DNA of 64,000 bases. Source: Heptranchias perlo (taxonomy: Eukaryota). The stretch spans positions 11,160,001-11,224,000 of the forward strand of contig NC_090363.1 in the NCBI RefSeq assembly GCF_035084215.1, in the 5' to 3' direction. A model generated the notes under the pieces. The model did no database searches. It saw nothing but the letters and a program-made list of their open reading frames with translations, and was not told where the DNA came from. A program made the position numbers and the translations under genes. Positions 8,741 to 21,150 of this stretch are shown here, piece by piece (position 1 is the first letter of the stretch; each line of letters starts with the position of its first letter).

Positions 8741-11700
8741 TTTTTTTTTATTCGTTCACGGGATGTGGGCGTCGCTGGCGAGGCCGGCATTTGTTGCCCA
8801 TCCCTAATTGCCCTCGAGAAGGTGGTGTTGAGCCGCCTTCTTGAACCGCTGCAGTCCGTGTGTTGCCGGTTCTCCCACAGTGCTGTTAGGAAGGGAGTTC
8901 CAGGATTTTGACCCAGTGACAATGAAGGAACGGCAATATATTTCCAAGTCGGGATGGTGTGTGACATGGAGGGGAACGTGCAGGTGGTGTTGTTCCCATG
9001 TGCCTGCTGCTCTTGTCCTTCTAGGTGGTAGAGGTCGCGGGTTTGGGAGGTGCTGTCGAAGAAGCCTTGGCGAGTTGCTGCAGTGCATCCTGTGGATGGT
9101 ACACACTGCAGCCACAGTGCGCCAGTGGTGAAGGGAGTGAATGTTTAGTGTGGTGGATGGGGTGCCAATCAAGCGGGCTGCTTTATCTTGGATGGTGTCG
9201 AGCTTCTTGAGTGTTGTTGGAGCTCCACTCATCCAGGCAAGTGGAGAGTATTCCATCACACTCCTGACTTGTGCCTTGTAGATGGTGGAAAGGCTTTGGG
9301 GAGTCAGGAGGTGAGTCACTCGCCGCAGAATACCCAGCCTCTGACCTGCTCTCGTAGCCACAGTATTTATATGGCTGGTCCAGTTAAGTTTCTGGTCAAT
9401 GGCGACCCCCAGGATGTTGATGGTGGGGGATTCGGTGATGGTAATGCCGTTGAATGTCAGGGGGAGTTGGTTAGACTCTCTCTTGTTGGAGATGGTCATT
9501 GCCTGGCACTTATCTGGCGCGAATGTTACTTGCCACTTATGAGCCCAAGCCTGGATGTTGTCCAGGTCTTGCTGCATGCAGGCTCGAACTGCTTCATTAT
9601 TTGAGGGGTTGCGAATGGAACTGAACACTGTGCAGTCATCAGCGAACATACCCATTTCTGACCTTATGATGGAGGGAAGGTCATTGATGAAGCAGCTGAA
9701 GATGGTTGGGCCTGGGACACTGCCCTGAGGAACTCCTGCAGCAATGTCCTGGGGCTGAGATGATTGGCTTCCAACAACCACTACCATCTTCCTTTGTGCT
9801 AGGTATGACTCCAGCCATTGGAGAGTTTTCCCCCTGATTCCCATTGACTTCAATTTTACTAGGGCTCCTTTGTGCCACACTCGGTCAAATGCTGCCTTGA
9901 TGTCAAGGGCAGTCACTCTCACCTCACCTCCGGAATTCAGCTCTTTTGTCCATGTTTGGACCAACGCTGTAATGAGGTCTGGAGCCGAGTGGTCCTGGCG
10001 GAACCCAAACTGAGCATCGGTGAGCAGGTTATTGGTAAGTAAGTGCCGCTTGATAGCACTGTCGATGACACCTTCCATCACTTTGCTGATGATTGAGAGT
10101 AGACTGATGGGGCGGTAATTGGCCGGATTGGATTTGTCCTGCTTTTTGTGGACAGGACATACCTAGGCAATTGTCCACATTGTCGGGTAGATGCCAGTGT
10201 TGTAGCTGTACTGGAACAGCTCGGCTAGAGTCGCAGCTCGTTCTGGAGCACAAGTCTTCAGCACTACAGCTGGGATGTTGTCGGGGCCCATAGTCTTTGC
10301 TGTATCCAGTGCACTCAGCCGTTTCTTGATAACACGTGGAGTGAATCGAATTGGCCGAAGACTGGCTTCTGTGATGGTGGGGATATCGGGAGGAGGCCGA
10401 AATGGGTCATCCACTCGACACTTCTGGCTGAAGAAGGTTGCAAACGCTTCAGCCTTGTCTTTTGCACTCACGTGCTGGACTCCACCATCATTGAGGATGG
10501 GGATGTTTGCAGAGCCTCCTCCTCCCGTTAGTTGTTTAATTGCCCACCACCATTTACGACTGGATGTGGCAGGACTGCAGAGCTTTGATCTGATCCGTTG
10601 GTTGTGGAATCGCTTAGCTCTTTCTATAGCATGTTGCTTCCGCTGTTTAGCGTGCATGTAGTCCTGAGTTGTAGCTTCACCAGGTTGGCACCTCATTTTT
10701 AGGTACGCCTGGTGCTGCTCCTGGCATGCTCTTCTACACTCCTCATTGAACCAGGGTTGATCCCCTGCCTTGTTGGTAATGGTAGAGTGAGGAATATGCC
10801 GGGCCATGAGGTTACAGATTGTGGTGGAATACAATTCTGCTGCTGCTGATTGCACACAGCGCCTCATGGATGCCCAGTTTTGAGCTGCTAGATTTGTTCT
10901 GAATCTATCCCATTTAGCACGGTGGCAGTGCCACACAACACGTTGGATGGTGTCCTCAGTGCGAAGACGGGACTTCATCCCAGCGAGGACTGTGCGGTGG
11001 TCACTCCTACCAATACTGTCATCGACAGATGCATTTGCAACAGGTAGATTTGTGAGGACGAGGTCAAGTAAGTTTTTCCCTCGTGTTGGTTCGCTCACCA
11101 CATGCCGCAGGCCCAGTCTAGCAGCTATGTCCTTCAGGACTCGGCCAGCTCGGTCAGTAGTGGTGCTACCGAGCCACTCTTGGTGATGGACATTGAAGTC
11201 CCCCACCCAGAGTACTTTTGTGCCCTTGCTACCCTCAGTGCTTCCTCCAAGTGGTGCTCAACATGGAGGAGGACTGATTCATCAGCTGAGGGAGGACGGT
11301 AGGTGGTAATCAGCAGGAGGTTTCCTTGCCCATGTTTGACCTGATGCCATGAGATTTAATGGGGTCCAGAGTCAATGTTGAGGACTCCCAGGGCTACTCC
11401 CTCCTGACTGTATATCACTGTACCGCCACCTCTGGTTGGTCTGTCCTGCCGGTGGGACAGGACATACCCAGGGATGGTGATGGAAGTGTTTGGGACGTTG
11501 GCTGAAAGGTATGATTCTGTGAGTATGGCTATGCCAGGCTGTTGCTTGACTAGTCTGTGGGACAGCTCTCCCAATTTTGGCACAAGTCCCCAGATGTTAG
11601 TAAGGAGGACCTTGCAGGTTCGACTGGGCTTGGTGTTTTGCCGTTGTCGTGTCCGGTGCCTAGTGGTCCGATGCCGGGTGGTCCGTCCGGTTTTATTCTT

Positions 11701-11785
11701 ATTATGACTTTTCGTAGCGAGATTTAACAACTGAGTGGCTTGCTAGGCCATTTCAGAGGGCAATTAAGAATGAAACACATTGCTG
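8741..11785 (-). mobile_element. Non-LTR retrotransposon (APE endonuclease + RT; CR1/L2/jockey-group) inserted in the 3' LTR
   Basis: ORFs 11356..11730 and 10163..11206 (LTESYL, RGGG, GDFN, SDH) and 8804..10081 (LDIKAAFD, GVPQGS, FADD); two stops and one frameshift; poly(A) tail as T9 at 8741. Confidence 0.93.
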
Positions 11786-12085
11786 TGGACTATCTATGAT
11801 TGGCCGGCAATAATGTAACCCCGCATGGCAAGCTATGCCCAGCTTATGATTGGTGTTGACCCTTGTGTTAACGATGTTCCAACCCCTATTGATCTGCATA
11901 AAGGTGTGAACTTCTGTATGTGTCTTTGTCTTCTTATTCTGTCAGGGTCATCCGGACTCTCTCAGGAGTCTGAATCGAAGCTGCAGGCTAAGTCCTGCTA
12001 TTAAAGTTGTGTTGAACTTTAAAGGTGTATTCGACTCAGTGTTTGCTGAACCAGACTGAGGGGAAAAAAAGAATCCGGTTCATCA
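11786..12085 (+). repeat. ERV 3' LTR, right part
   Basis: Matches 3692-3991; ends TTCATCA; TATA box reads CATAAA here. Confidence 0.93.
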
Positions 12086-12239
12086 CACTCACCCCAATTA
12101 TCAGGCCTGGTTTTAAAAATGGCTTTTTATAAAGGAGGCTTTAAAAGGAAACCATCTCTTCCCCCAGTTGCTAACTGGTAATGAGAGAGGGGCATTCTCA
12201 CCTCTTTGAACAAAAAACAGGGGGGATCGCTCCAACGAG

Positions 12240-12420
12240 AGAGAAAGGGGAGGAAAGATGGGAGAGAGAGAGGGAAGGACGGAGAGAGAGGGAAGGAACT
12301 GAAGGAAGGTAGGAGAGAGAGAGGGAAGGAAAGGAGCGAAGGAGGGAGGGAGAAAGAAGGAAGGAATGGAAAGAAGGAGGGGGAGAGAGAAGAAAGGAAA
12401 GGAGTGAAGGAGGGAGACTG
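12240..12420. repeat. GA-rich low-complexity tract (paralogs near 30975-31165 and 55800-55990)
   Basis: Purine-only runs. Confidence 0.85.
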
Positions 12421-12739
12421 TAGGGGTTGGGTTGCTGCAGAAGTGGGAAAAACATTGGGTTTCGTTGCGGTGCACTCGACTGATGATGTTCCTCCCCTTC
12501 TTGATGGGGGGAGGGGAGGTGTGGGGGGTGGGGGTGGGGGGAAGAGACGTCTTCACCCAGACAGCTGGAACTGCCGAGGCTCAGTGCTCCACAAAGTGTT
12601 CTTTGCAAAAATGCATCAACCAGGCAGCTCCAGCTCTCCTGGACCAGGCAATGGGGGTGTTTACATCAAGTTTTGTTCTTAATCAATCAATCAATCAGCC
12701 CCTTGTTGTTCCGGCCTTGTCCAGTGACACAGATGAATG

Positions 12740-12970
12740 ACATTCCCCGGGCTCCATCGCTCACAGCCTCGCCACCTCAGTCTGATTCACAGTTCCCGGG
12801 CTCACATGCTCATAGCCCCGCCACCTCAGTATGAATGACAGTTCCCGGGCTCCATCGCTCCCAGCCCCTCCGATTGGCGCTCTTAAAGCGTTACCGCAAT
12901 CTGCCACTCAGGGGATGAATGACCGCAATCTGCAGCTCAGGTGATTAATGACCGCAATCCGGTGCTGACG
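12740..12970. repeat. Two short tandem arrays (about 50 bp x3 and about 27 bp x3)
   Basis: CCCGGGCTCCATCGCTCACAGCC..CCTCAGT and ACCGCAATCTGC..CTCAGG units; copy number differs at 31500-31640 and 56310-56480. Confidence 0.75.
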
Positions 12971-14471
12971 GACCTGTGTGTTTACAGCATTTCCTCTCTC
13001 CCTTTCACCTTAACTGTGGGAATGAAGGCCATTGTCTCTGTGGCTCATACAAACCAGTGTCACCTGAAGCCTGGGCTTCCAAGTGGTGTTGTCACTGGGA
13101 ACAGCAGCTCTTGGAGAGAAAGCCCATCTGCTCAGTGTTTAATTACAAACAGAGAGAGAGAGCAACCTCATTGCTCACTCAGTCAGATTATCAGGGATGT
13201 GCCTCACACATAGCAACAAGAGAAAGGGGCAAGAAACTAACTCCAATTTATCTTCAGAGTCTGTTCAAGCAGTCATCTGTTCTTAAAGTCTGAAAACATT
13301 TATTCGTTTTTAAAGAACCAACGAGAAATCGCTGACTCCAGCATCTACAGAGAGATTCCCGACAACGTTCATATCACGTTCATGGCCAACCAGTGACGTG
13401 CTGTCAGATCCTGGGATACTTCCATTCCCACCCGTGGTGTCAGACACTTCCACCCACTCCCCCCGCCAGAAAACACAGTCCACTCCCAAGCTCTGCAAGA
13501 CTCCCGGTTCTGCCTCTGCGGTGCTGCCAAAGGGAAGGATTCCCTGAGGACCTATTCTCCCAATTCCCCATTCCCAGTGCGGTCTAAACCCAAGGACCAC
13601 CCCCACCCAAAACCTCGGTTTTAATTCACCTCAGAACCGCTACCGCAGCGCTGCAGAACCCGAGACCCATCACTTTGTGTGTTCACACCTCAGGACACCT
13701 CCTGCAAAACCGCTACCATTTAATCCTGGACCCTTAATCAAATTCTTCTAAATCGAACAATCGTGTCCCATCTTTACCGAATGTCAGAACTCTGCCTCCA
13801 TTGTGCAAATTCTTAGCTCACCCACTGCCCTGCAGGTGAACCGCGGGACTCCCACACCAGCTCGGTGAAACCCGAGACCACAACCAATGTGACCAGAATC
13901 TCTCCCACCCTCCCAGTGCTGCCGAAACTCGCAACTAACCCCCGCTCCGCCACATTTTCGCGAAATGGCAGACGCAGTCCTCCATCGTGTTAACTCCTCC
14001 CAAGCGCTTCATTTTGTGCTGGAGACCGTAAAGAGGTAAGAGGTGAATTAAGCTCGCAGCCAAACGAATTTCCAATTGGAAATAAAATCACTGATTCCGT
14101 TTTGAACGAGAAATGGACAGAATCAGTGAATTACTTGCCTGAACAGAGGTAAAAGCCCAGGATATCATATCATTAAATAATCACTTAGAAACCTTAAACC
14201 AGTCGCCCTGACGGTATTGAATTACCTCTCAACGGGTACATCCCCTCCGTAATTCTAAAATAGCACGGCCGGGGTTTTCAGCTTGAACGCTCTCGGCCCC
14301 TCGTCCCCAGTTATTCATTTCAATTGACAGGAAAATGAGGCTGGCGAGCGGCGAACCAGGAAACTCAGATCCATATATTTCCTCTGAGTGTGAGCAATTC
14401 GACGGGAGATTCACGTTTGCACATTTTCACTTCTGTTGAAGAACTCCTGTTAAATTTGGAGGGATTTAATT

Positions 14472-15541
14472 GGAGCTAATTTTAACTTGAGGGATAGTGT
14501 AAAATGGACGCTTTGAATTTAGCCGCCCATTATGGAAGGATGCAAAGGCTGCAAGTGGATATAGACAGGTAAAGTGAGCGGGCAAGAACATGGGAGATGG
14601 AATATAATGTGGAAAAATGTGAAGTTATCCACTTTGGTCGGAAAAACAGAAATGCAGAATATTTTTAAATGGTGACAGATTGGGAAATGTTGATGTTGAA
14701 AGGGACCTGGGTGTCCTTGTACATAAATTACTGAAAGCTGATATGCAGGTGCAGCAAACAATTAAGAAGGCAAATGGTATCTTGGCTTTTATCACAAGAG
14801 GCTTTGAGTACAGGAGTAAAGATGTCTTACTGCAATTATATAGCGCCTTGGTGAGACCGCTCCTGGAGTATTGTGTACAATTTTGGTCTCCTTACCAAAG
14901 AAAGGATATACCTGCCTTAGAGGGAATTCAAAAAAAGTTCGCCAGACTGATTCCTGGGATGGCGGGATTGTCGTATGCGGAAAGAGTGAGTAGACTCGGC
15001 CTGTATTCTCTAGAGTTCAGAAGAATGAGAGGTGATCTCATTGAAACATTAAAAATTCCCTCAGGGCTCGACAGGGTAGATGCAGGGAGGATGTTTCCCC
15101 TGGCTGGGGCGTCTAGGACCAGGGGTCACAATCTCAGAATAAGGGGTAGGCCATTTCAGACTGAGATGAGGAGAAATTTCTTCACTCAGAGGGTGGTGAA
15201 TCTTTCGAATTCTCTACCCCAGAGGGCTGTGGAGGCTCAGTCATTGAGTACATTCAAAACAGGCATCGATAGATTTCTGGATATTAAGGGCATCAAGGGA
15301 TATGGGGATAGTGCAGGAAAATGGAGTTGAGTTAGAAGATCATCCACGATCTGATTGAATGGCGGGGCGGGCTCGCGGGGCCGGATGGCCAACTCCTGCT
15401 CCTATTTCTCATGTTCTTATTATACACCACTTCCGATTTTCCTTTCCTTTAAGTCAATGGACGGGAAATCGGGCGTGGTGCATAGTGGGCGCTCAATTCG
15501 ATATCACCCCTTTTGCACCAATCCCCAAATTAAAATGATTC
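14472..15541. mobile_element. Palindromic MITE-like element split by a CR1 insertion
   Basis: 14472-14533 plus 15421-15442 is a diverged inverted repeat of 15463-15541. Confidence 0.55.
14534..15420 (+). mobile_element. CR1 LINE 3' fragment (RT C-terminus + 3' UTR)
   Basis: ERDLGVLV, LVRPLLEYCVQFWSP, RRMRGDLIE, FFTQRVV; ATGTTCTTAT tail. Confidence 0.92.
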
Positions 15542-15590
15542 ACATCGTGTTTTAATATGGCGAAGCAATTTAATTATTTACATGAATACG

Positions 15591-17112
15591 TTATTGAGAC
15601 AGGGGACGCTTTACCATATTCTTCAGCTCATCTCTGAATTTACTCTGGGACGCTGCATAATCTAACGTGTTTGTGCAGGAACTCAAAGCCTGAAGCATGT
15701 GCCCGGATTGTTCCATAATGTTGAAAGGCGCATTGTAATTTGTTTCTAAAAATTGAGTATCTGTAAATTGTACATATATATGAGCTATGAATCTTATCAT
15801 CCATAACAGTGTAAAACTGCCAGATATGGCTAGCTGCAAAATGATGGATTTTCTTCGGTTCTCCATCTCTGGATCATTGTGTATCTCACTATTGTTGTTT
15901 TCCCCGAGTCCCCTCCTCACTCTGTTGGCCAGTACAATGTGTCTGATGGTCAGAGCATTGAGCAGTAAAATCAACAGAAATGGAACAAACGGGGTTGAAA
16001 TAGTTTCCAACCACAAAAATGCTACCCATATGGGTACGGTACAGAAGCTTCATTTTACGTAGCAGGACCACGGTACATTGTCAATTATTTCCCGTGGTTC
16101 ATACACAAAATAGATTGGAACATTTTCCAACAAGCTCAAGGAACACACCATTGCGAGAACCACAGCCGCAGTTTCTTTGGTACAATATTTTGTTCTCAAC
16201 TTTTGGCAACAAATGGCGACACACAGCGCCTCATGGATGCCCAGTTTCGAGCTGCTAGATCTGTTCTGAATCTATCCCATTTAGCACGGTGGTAGTGCCA
16301 CACAACACGTTGGATGGTGTCCTCAGTGTGAAGACGGGACTTCATCTCCACGAGGACTGTGCGGTGGTCACTCCTACCAATACTGTCGTGGACAGATGCA
16401 ACTGCGACAGGTAGATCGGTGCGGATGAGGTCAAGTAATTTTTTCCCTCTTGTTGGTTCGCTCACCACCTGCCGTAGGCCCAGTCTAGCAGTCATGTCCT
16501 TCAGGACTCTGCCAGCTCGGTCAGAAGTACATCATTTGTTCTTTGTTCTACTGAACCCGAAGACAGCAGCAGCAACGCAGACTTTATCTCCAGCAATACT
16601 TTCCGGGGTAGAATTTCGAGGGTTGGAGGTTCTTCCGATCGCTTGTCGTAAGTTCGGCGGTTCACACCTTTTCTCCAGAATTTCCGTTAATCTCAGCAAC
16701 TTGTCTTGATGGACGTTTTCTACTTTTCAACGATACTAACGCACCAGATCCAAGACGGGATGCTAATATTTGGCTGGGACTGAAAATTACACGACTCTCT
16801 GCAAAGGAGACGAAATCCTCATTAAATTGTTTACTTTAAAACTTGAGTACAAATTGCACTGCCGTCGGGTTATTACATCAAGAATATGTCTAAAACTTGA
16901 CGTTTTCTTATTGTTATTTGATTGATGGCTGTAACATCGACTACATCAATACAAACCGATAATATTATTACTCCGACAGCAGGAGCAGTGATACAGTGAA
17001 ACACTGTTAAAGATTAATATTAACTGATTATAAAAGGCTGACCGGGAACACCAATCACTGCAAGAATAGGGTAGTAAATGTTTTCTATCTGTGTGATTAC
17101 CGGCTGTCCCAT
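15591..17112 (-). pseudogene. GPR139-like class A GPCR pseudogene, internally deleted (unit 1)
   Basis: Exon 1 17112-17043 (MGQPVITQIENIYYPILAVIGVP); exon 2 remnant 16221-15591 lacks acceptor and TM2-TM3; in-frame TGA near 16050. Confidence 0.85.
16222..16524 (-). mobile_element. Remnant of the GPCR-intron LINE (unit 1)
   Basis: Matches 37804-38107. Confidence 0.85.
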
Positions 17113-18259
17113 TTTCGGAGAGAAGCGACTTGTCTCTTAGTGTTATGGACACGCAGATCATCTGCCTTAAAAAAATGGGCTTCTTTATACCTGAGAAACA
17201 CCTCAAGTGAAACATGAGCATTGCACAATGATTGGAATTAATTAATGAACAAACAGATTAAGCCGAGTGTATTCACTCCCACTGATGGGAAGTAGGTTAT
17301 TATATAACGACATTTCACATTGAAAAAACGAAGTCTAGAATATTACTTTGATCACATTTTAGAAATAATATATTTTGAAATCTGCACTCCTAATGTAATG
17401 GTGCATACCCCCGAAACTGTGGATAATCCCTTATAGGTTCATGGAAGCTATTTAATTGAAGAAATGCGCACATTTGTGGTAGATTGGCTCCATCTACGTT
17501 TTAGGTACATCATATTTTTTTCTTTTTTAATTACACTCTACATAATATCGATATGAGGAGGCTCCATGGGGCACGTGAGATCGAAGAGCCTTCACAGATA
17601 CACACAGAAAGTGATATAGTCAGTTGCATACAGCTGAGCAGCCACACGAAGATGCTGAGATGTTGGATTTCAGCATCAACAGGCGTTGGGCAGAGGTGAA
17701 AGCAACAGGGTCTGGTCTGATAAGTACTGGCTGTGAGAAAGATAATTGTGGATAAGGATCTTAATAGCCGTTTGGAAGGGCTTTGGGAGTTTATGGCCAT
17801 CATGTAATAATGAGTTGGAGGGTGAAAAGGACACTTCATTGAGGCTGTGGAGCCGGAATTTGGATCGGGACCCGGTTCTGCCCGTCGGATCAAAGGGGCC
17901 GATTTATTTTAGAAATTTGGCACAGTGCCCCTAATGACCGACACCTTTTGGGATATTTCACTATTTGGCCAACGGTGGATTTTGGTGTGCTATGTATTAA
18001 AATGTTGATGTCCAGTCAAACTGTGGGAAAGGGATTACAATTCCCACAGCAGCAGATGCTGGCATGGGCGGGTGGGGCGATTTTGTGTATGAAAGTTAGA
18101 TGGGCCACTTTGTGCTATTTGAATGCTGTTTTCATAAACTCCTCAAAAGACTGAACCGTACTTGATCCAGAGAGTTACTTCCCAGTTGGAACTGAGGTAA
18201 CTGATTCCAGTCAGGGCCGCGATTCAGAAATTACAATCCGTCTCAGCTCCCTTGGATTA

Positions 18260-18910
18260 TGTAGGATCATAGGCAGAGGTGTGAGCCATTCTGCCCCTCG
18301 AGCCTGTTCCACCATTCAATTAGATCATGGGTGATCTGCATCTAAACTCCACCGATCCGCCTTGGTTCCATATCCCTTAATACCCTTACTGAACAAAAAT
18401 CTATCAATCCCATGTTTGAAATTTTCAATTGATCCCCCAGCCGCAACAGACTTTTGGGGGAGAGAGTTACAGATATTCACTATCCTTTGTGTGAAGAAGT
18501 GCTTCCTGACATCACACCTGAACAGCCTAGCGCTAATTTAAAGGTTATGGCCCCTGTTCTGGACCATCCTACCAGAGGAAATAGTTCCTTCCTTCCTATC
18601 TTGAATCATCGTAAACACTCAGATCACCCCTTCACTTTCTATACTTGACGGAATACACGTCTAATCGATGCAACCTGTCCTCATAATTTCACCCTTTGAG
18701 CCCCAGTATAATTCTGCTGAATCTGCGCAGTGCTCCTCCAAGGCCGATTGTTCCTTCCTGAGATGTGGTGCCCAGACCGGAATGCATTACTCTAAATTGG
18801 GGTCAAACCAGAGTGCTGTACAGCTCCAACATAATTTCCACCCCCTTGGATTCCAGTCCTCTTGAGATAAAGGCCAACATTCCATTAGTCTTTTAAATTA
18901 ATTTTTGTAT
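18260..18910 (-). mobile_element. Decayed CR1 3' fragment (paralogs about 39850-40510 and 61785-62430)
   Basis: Paralog ORFs show LVRPHLEYSIQVW and RNHFFTQRIVKIWNSLP; boundaries approximate. Confidence 0.75.
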
Positions 18911-19074
18911 CTGTCACACAAGGTAAAGGTGAGACTGAGTGTAGTGAAGCAGACACCAAGAGAAGGAGATTGATAAAGGTGTCACTGCGTACAACGAGTG
19001 ATGGAGAGAGACACTAACAGAGGGAGACAGATAAAGGTTAGAGTGAGTAAAGTGATGCTTACACCCTCATCTAC

Positions 19075-20592
19075 AAGCAGAAGGGGAGAGGGAAGAAATC
19101 AGAAATTGGCAATCCATTTCCGTGCGAAATATCGACTATAAAGTTCTGTCGAAGGCCATCGCCAAAAGGCTCAAGTCTGCTCTGGAGCGGGCGATCCTCC
19201 CCGGTTAGAGCTGCACTGTGCCTGGCAGGACGATCTCAAATCGCCTTGCGCTGCTCAGTGATAAGATCACCTAAGTGTAGGACAGAGGGGTGAACACCTG
19301 CCTCATCAGCTTGGACAAGGAGGAGGCGTTCGACAGAATATCCACCACGTACATGATGGGCGTGTTCTCCAAAATGGGGCTCAGGGAGGGAATTCGTGAA
19401 TGGATCCGACTGCTCTGCGCAGATATCAGTTGCGCAGTCCTAATCAACGGGTGGGATTCGGTGAGCTTTCCAATCAGATCTCGAATCAGGTAGGGCTGTC
19501 CTCTCTTTGCAGTCTTGTTCATATATTGCATCGAACCGTTTGCCTTGTCCATCACCAAGGATGCAGGTGTCAGCGGGTGACGATCCCAGGCTCACAGGTT
19601 AAGGCTTCCCTGTGCATGGAGGATGTTACGATTTTTTGCACCGATCATTGGTCGGTACACAGACAGATGGGCACCTGCAACCAGTTTGAGCTGGCCTCGG
19701 GATCTCGAGTGAACTGAAATAAGACAGCGGCCATGTTCATTGGCAGGTGGGCAACCCGATCCTATGTCCCCTTCACTATCAGGTCTTACTACCTGAATGT
19801 GCTGGGGATCTGGTTCGGGGGGCCTCAGGCCTGCACCAAGAACTGTGGGGAGTGGGTCACCAAGGCCAGCGAAGGCTTGGTATTTGGGTGGTGGGGGGTG
19901 CGCTCCCTCTCCATAAACGGCAGGAACCTGGTGATAAGGTGTGAGGTGCTCGCGGTGTTGCTCTACATGGTCAAGGACTGGCCCATTCCCTGCCATCACA
20001 GTCACCTGAGCTATCGTGCACTTTGTCAAGGTGGACCACACCCACTGGGACACCATGTGCAAGCCCCTAGACAAAGGGGGTAAGGGCGTCCCCAATGCCA
20101 CCTGATCCTGATGGCCACCTTTGTGTGTGGCTGCCTCAGGATGTGTGTAGAACCCCTCTACGCAACACCAAGTGTCACTACCTGCTGAACTTCTATCTGT
20201 CCACCACACTGAGAAGACTGGTCTGGCCACGCTGGCCGAGCAGACGCAGGCTGTCCCATCCAGCTGGTCCGTACCCCAGCTGAAGGAGCTGTCCATGACC
20301 GTGTATTGCCGACTGGCACACTTCAAGATCCATGAGTACGTGCTGTGAGACGTAATGAAGTGAGGTGCATATTACGCTATGGGAAAGGCCACAGAGTAAG
20401 GCCATCACACCTTGTATTGTACACCATGTATTGGGAGATAAACGCTGTGTTTGAATTGTAATATTGGGATCGTTTTGTCTACGATCTGTATTGTATTGTT
20501 TTGAATTGTATTGCTTTGGAATTCTGTTTTTTACATTGAACTGTGTGTATCTTTAAATTCTATGAAATAAAGTATATCTTGAATTTTTTTAA
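19075..20592 (+). mobile_element. Tx1/L1-clade ORF2 (RT) relic with 3' end
   Basis: DYKVLSK, VPGRTI, LISLDKEEAFDR, LGIWFGG; heavily frameshifted; AATAAA near 20566. Confidence 0.75.
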
Positions 20593-20799
20593 TAGAAGAG
20601 TGTCTCTGCACCTATCAAACTCTGTCTCACTGCACAGATATTTAAAATGTAGAACAGTGTGATTGTTTCTGTATCTTTCAACTCTCTGACTCACGACACA
20701 GTTATTTATAGTGTATTGTAGGATGATGTGTGTGGGACGAGGGTCTGTGAGGTCATGTGAGAGCAGCGCCTTTGTGCAGGGTGAGTATTGCACTCTTTA

Positions 20800-21150
20800 T
20801 TTTCTCGCTCCCCTCTTTCTTTCTTTTTCTCTCCTTTCCATCCTTTCACTCTCTTTTCATTCCTCTTATTTCCTTCTTTTTCTTTCTGCCTCCAGCTCCA
20901 CTGTCTGTATCCTCTTTTTATGTGTTTCATTCTCCGATCCTATTTCCCTTGCCTTGCCCCTCTCTCACGTTCCTTTTTCCATCTCTCACTTTACACTTTC
21001 TCCTTCCCTTTGTTCTTTCTTTCCTCTTTCTCTCTTTTCTTGCTTCACTCTTTCATTCGCTTTTTTTTATCGCTCTTTCATTTTTCTCTCTATTTACACT
21101 TTCTCGCTCTCTCCTTTCTTTCTCTCTCTCTCTCTTTCTTTTCTCTCCTC
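20800..21150. repeat. CT-rich low-complexity tract (paralog 45860-46220)
   Basis: Pyrimidine runs and (CT)n. Confidence 0.85.

Larger units (their letters stand above)
3349..12085 (+). mobile_element. Endogenous retrovirus (class I, gamma/epsilon-like), internally deleted provirus
   Basis: Paired LTRs, PBS, gag-MA, integrase, env and PPT in canonical order; empty site GCTGCACTCACCCC at 55641 in unit 3. Confidence 0.96.

Noticed and set aside
12113-12740. Several 100-160 aa ORFs on both strands (also 20700-21280, 30850-31360, 45770-46370, 55690-56300)
   Set aside because: Products of GA/CT low-complexity tracts that lack stop codons.
16196-16495. LINE-GPCR fusion ORF
   Set aside because: By-product of the deletion junction; terminates within a few codons of the junction.
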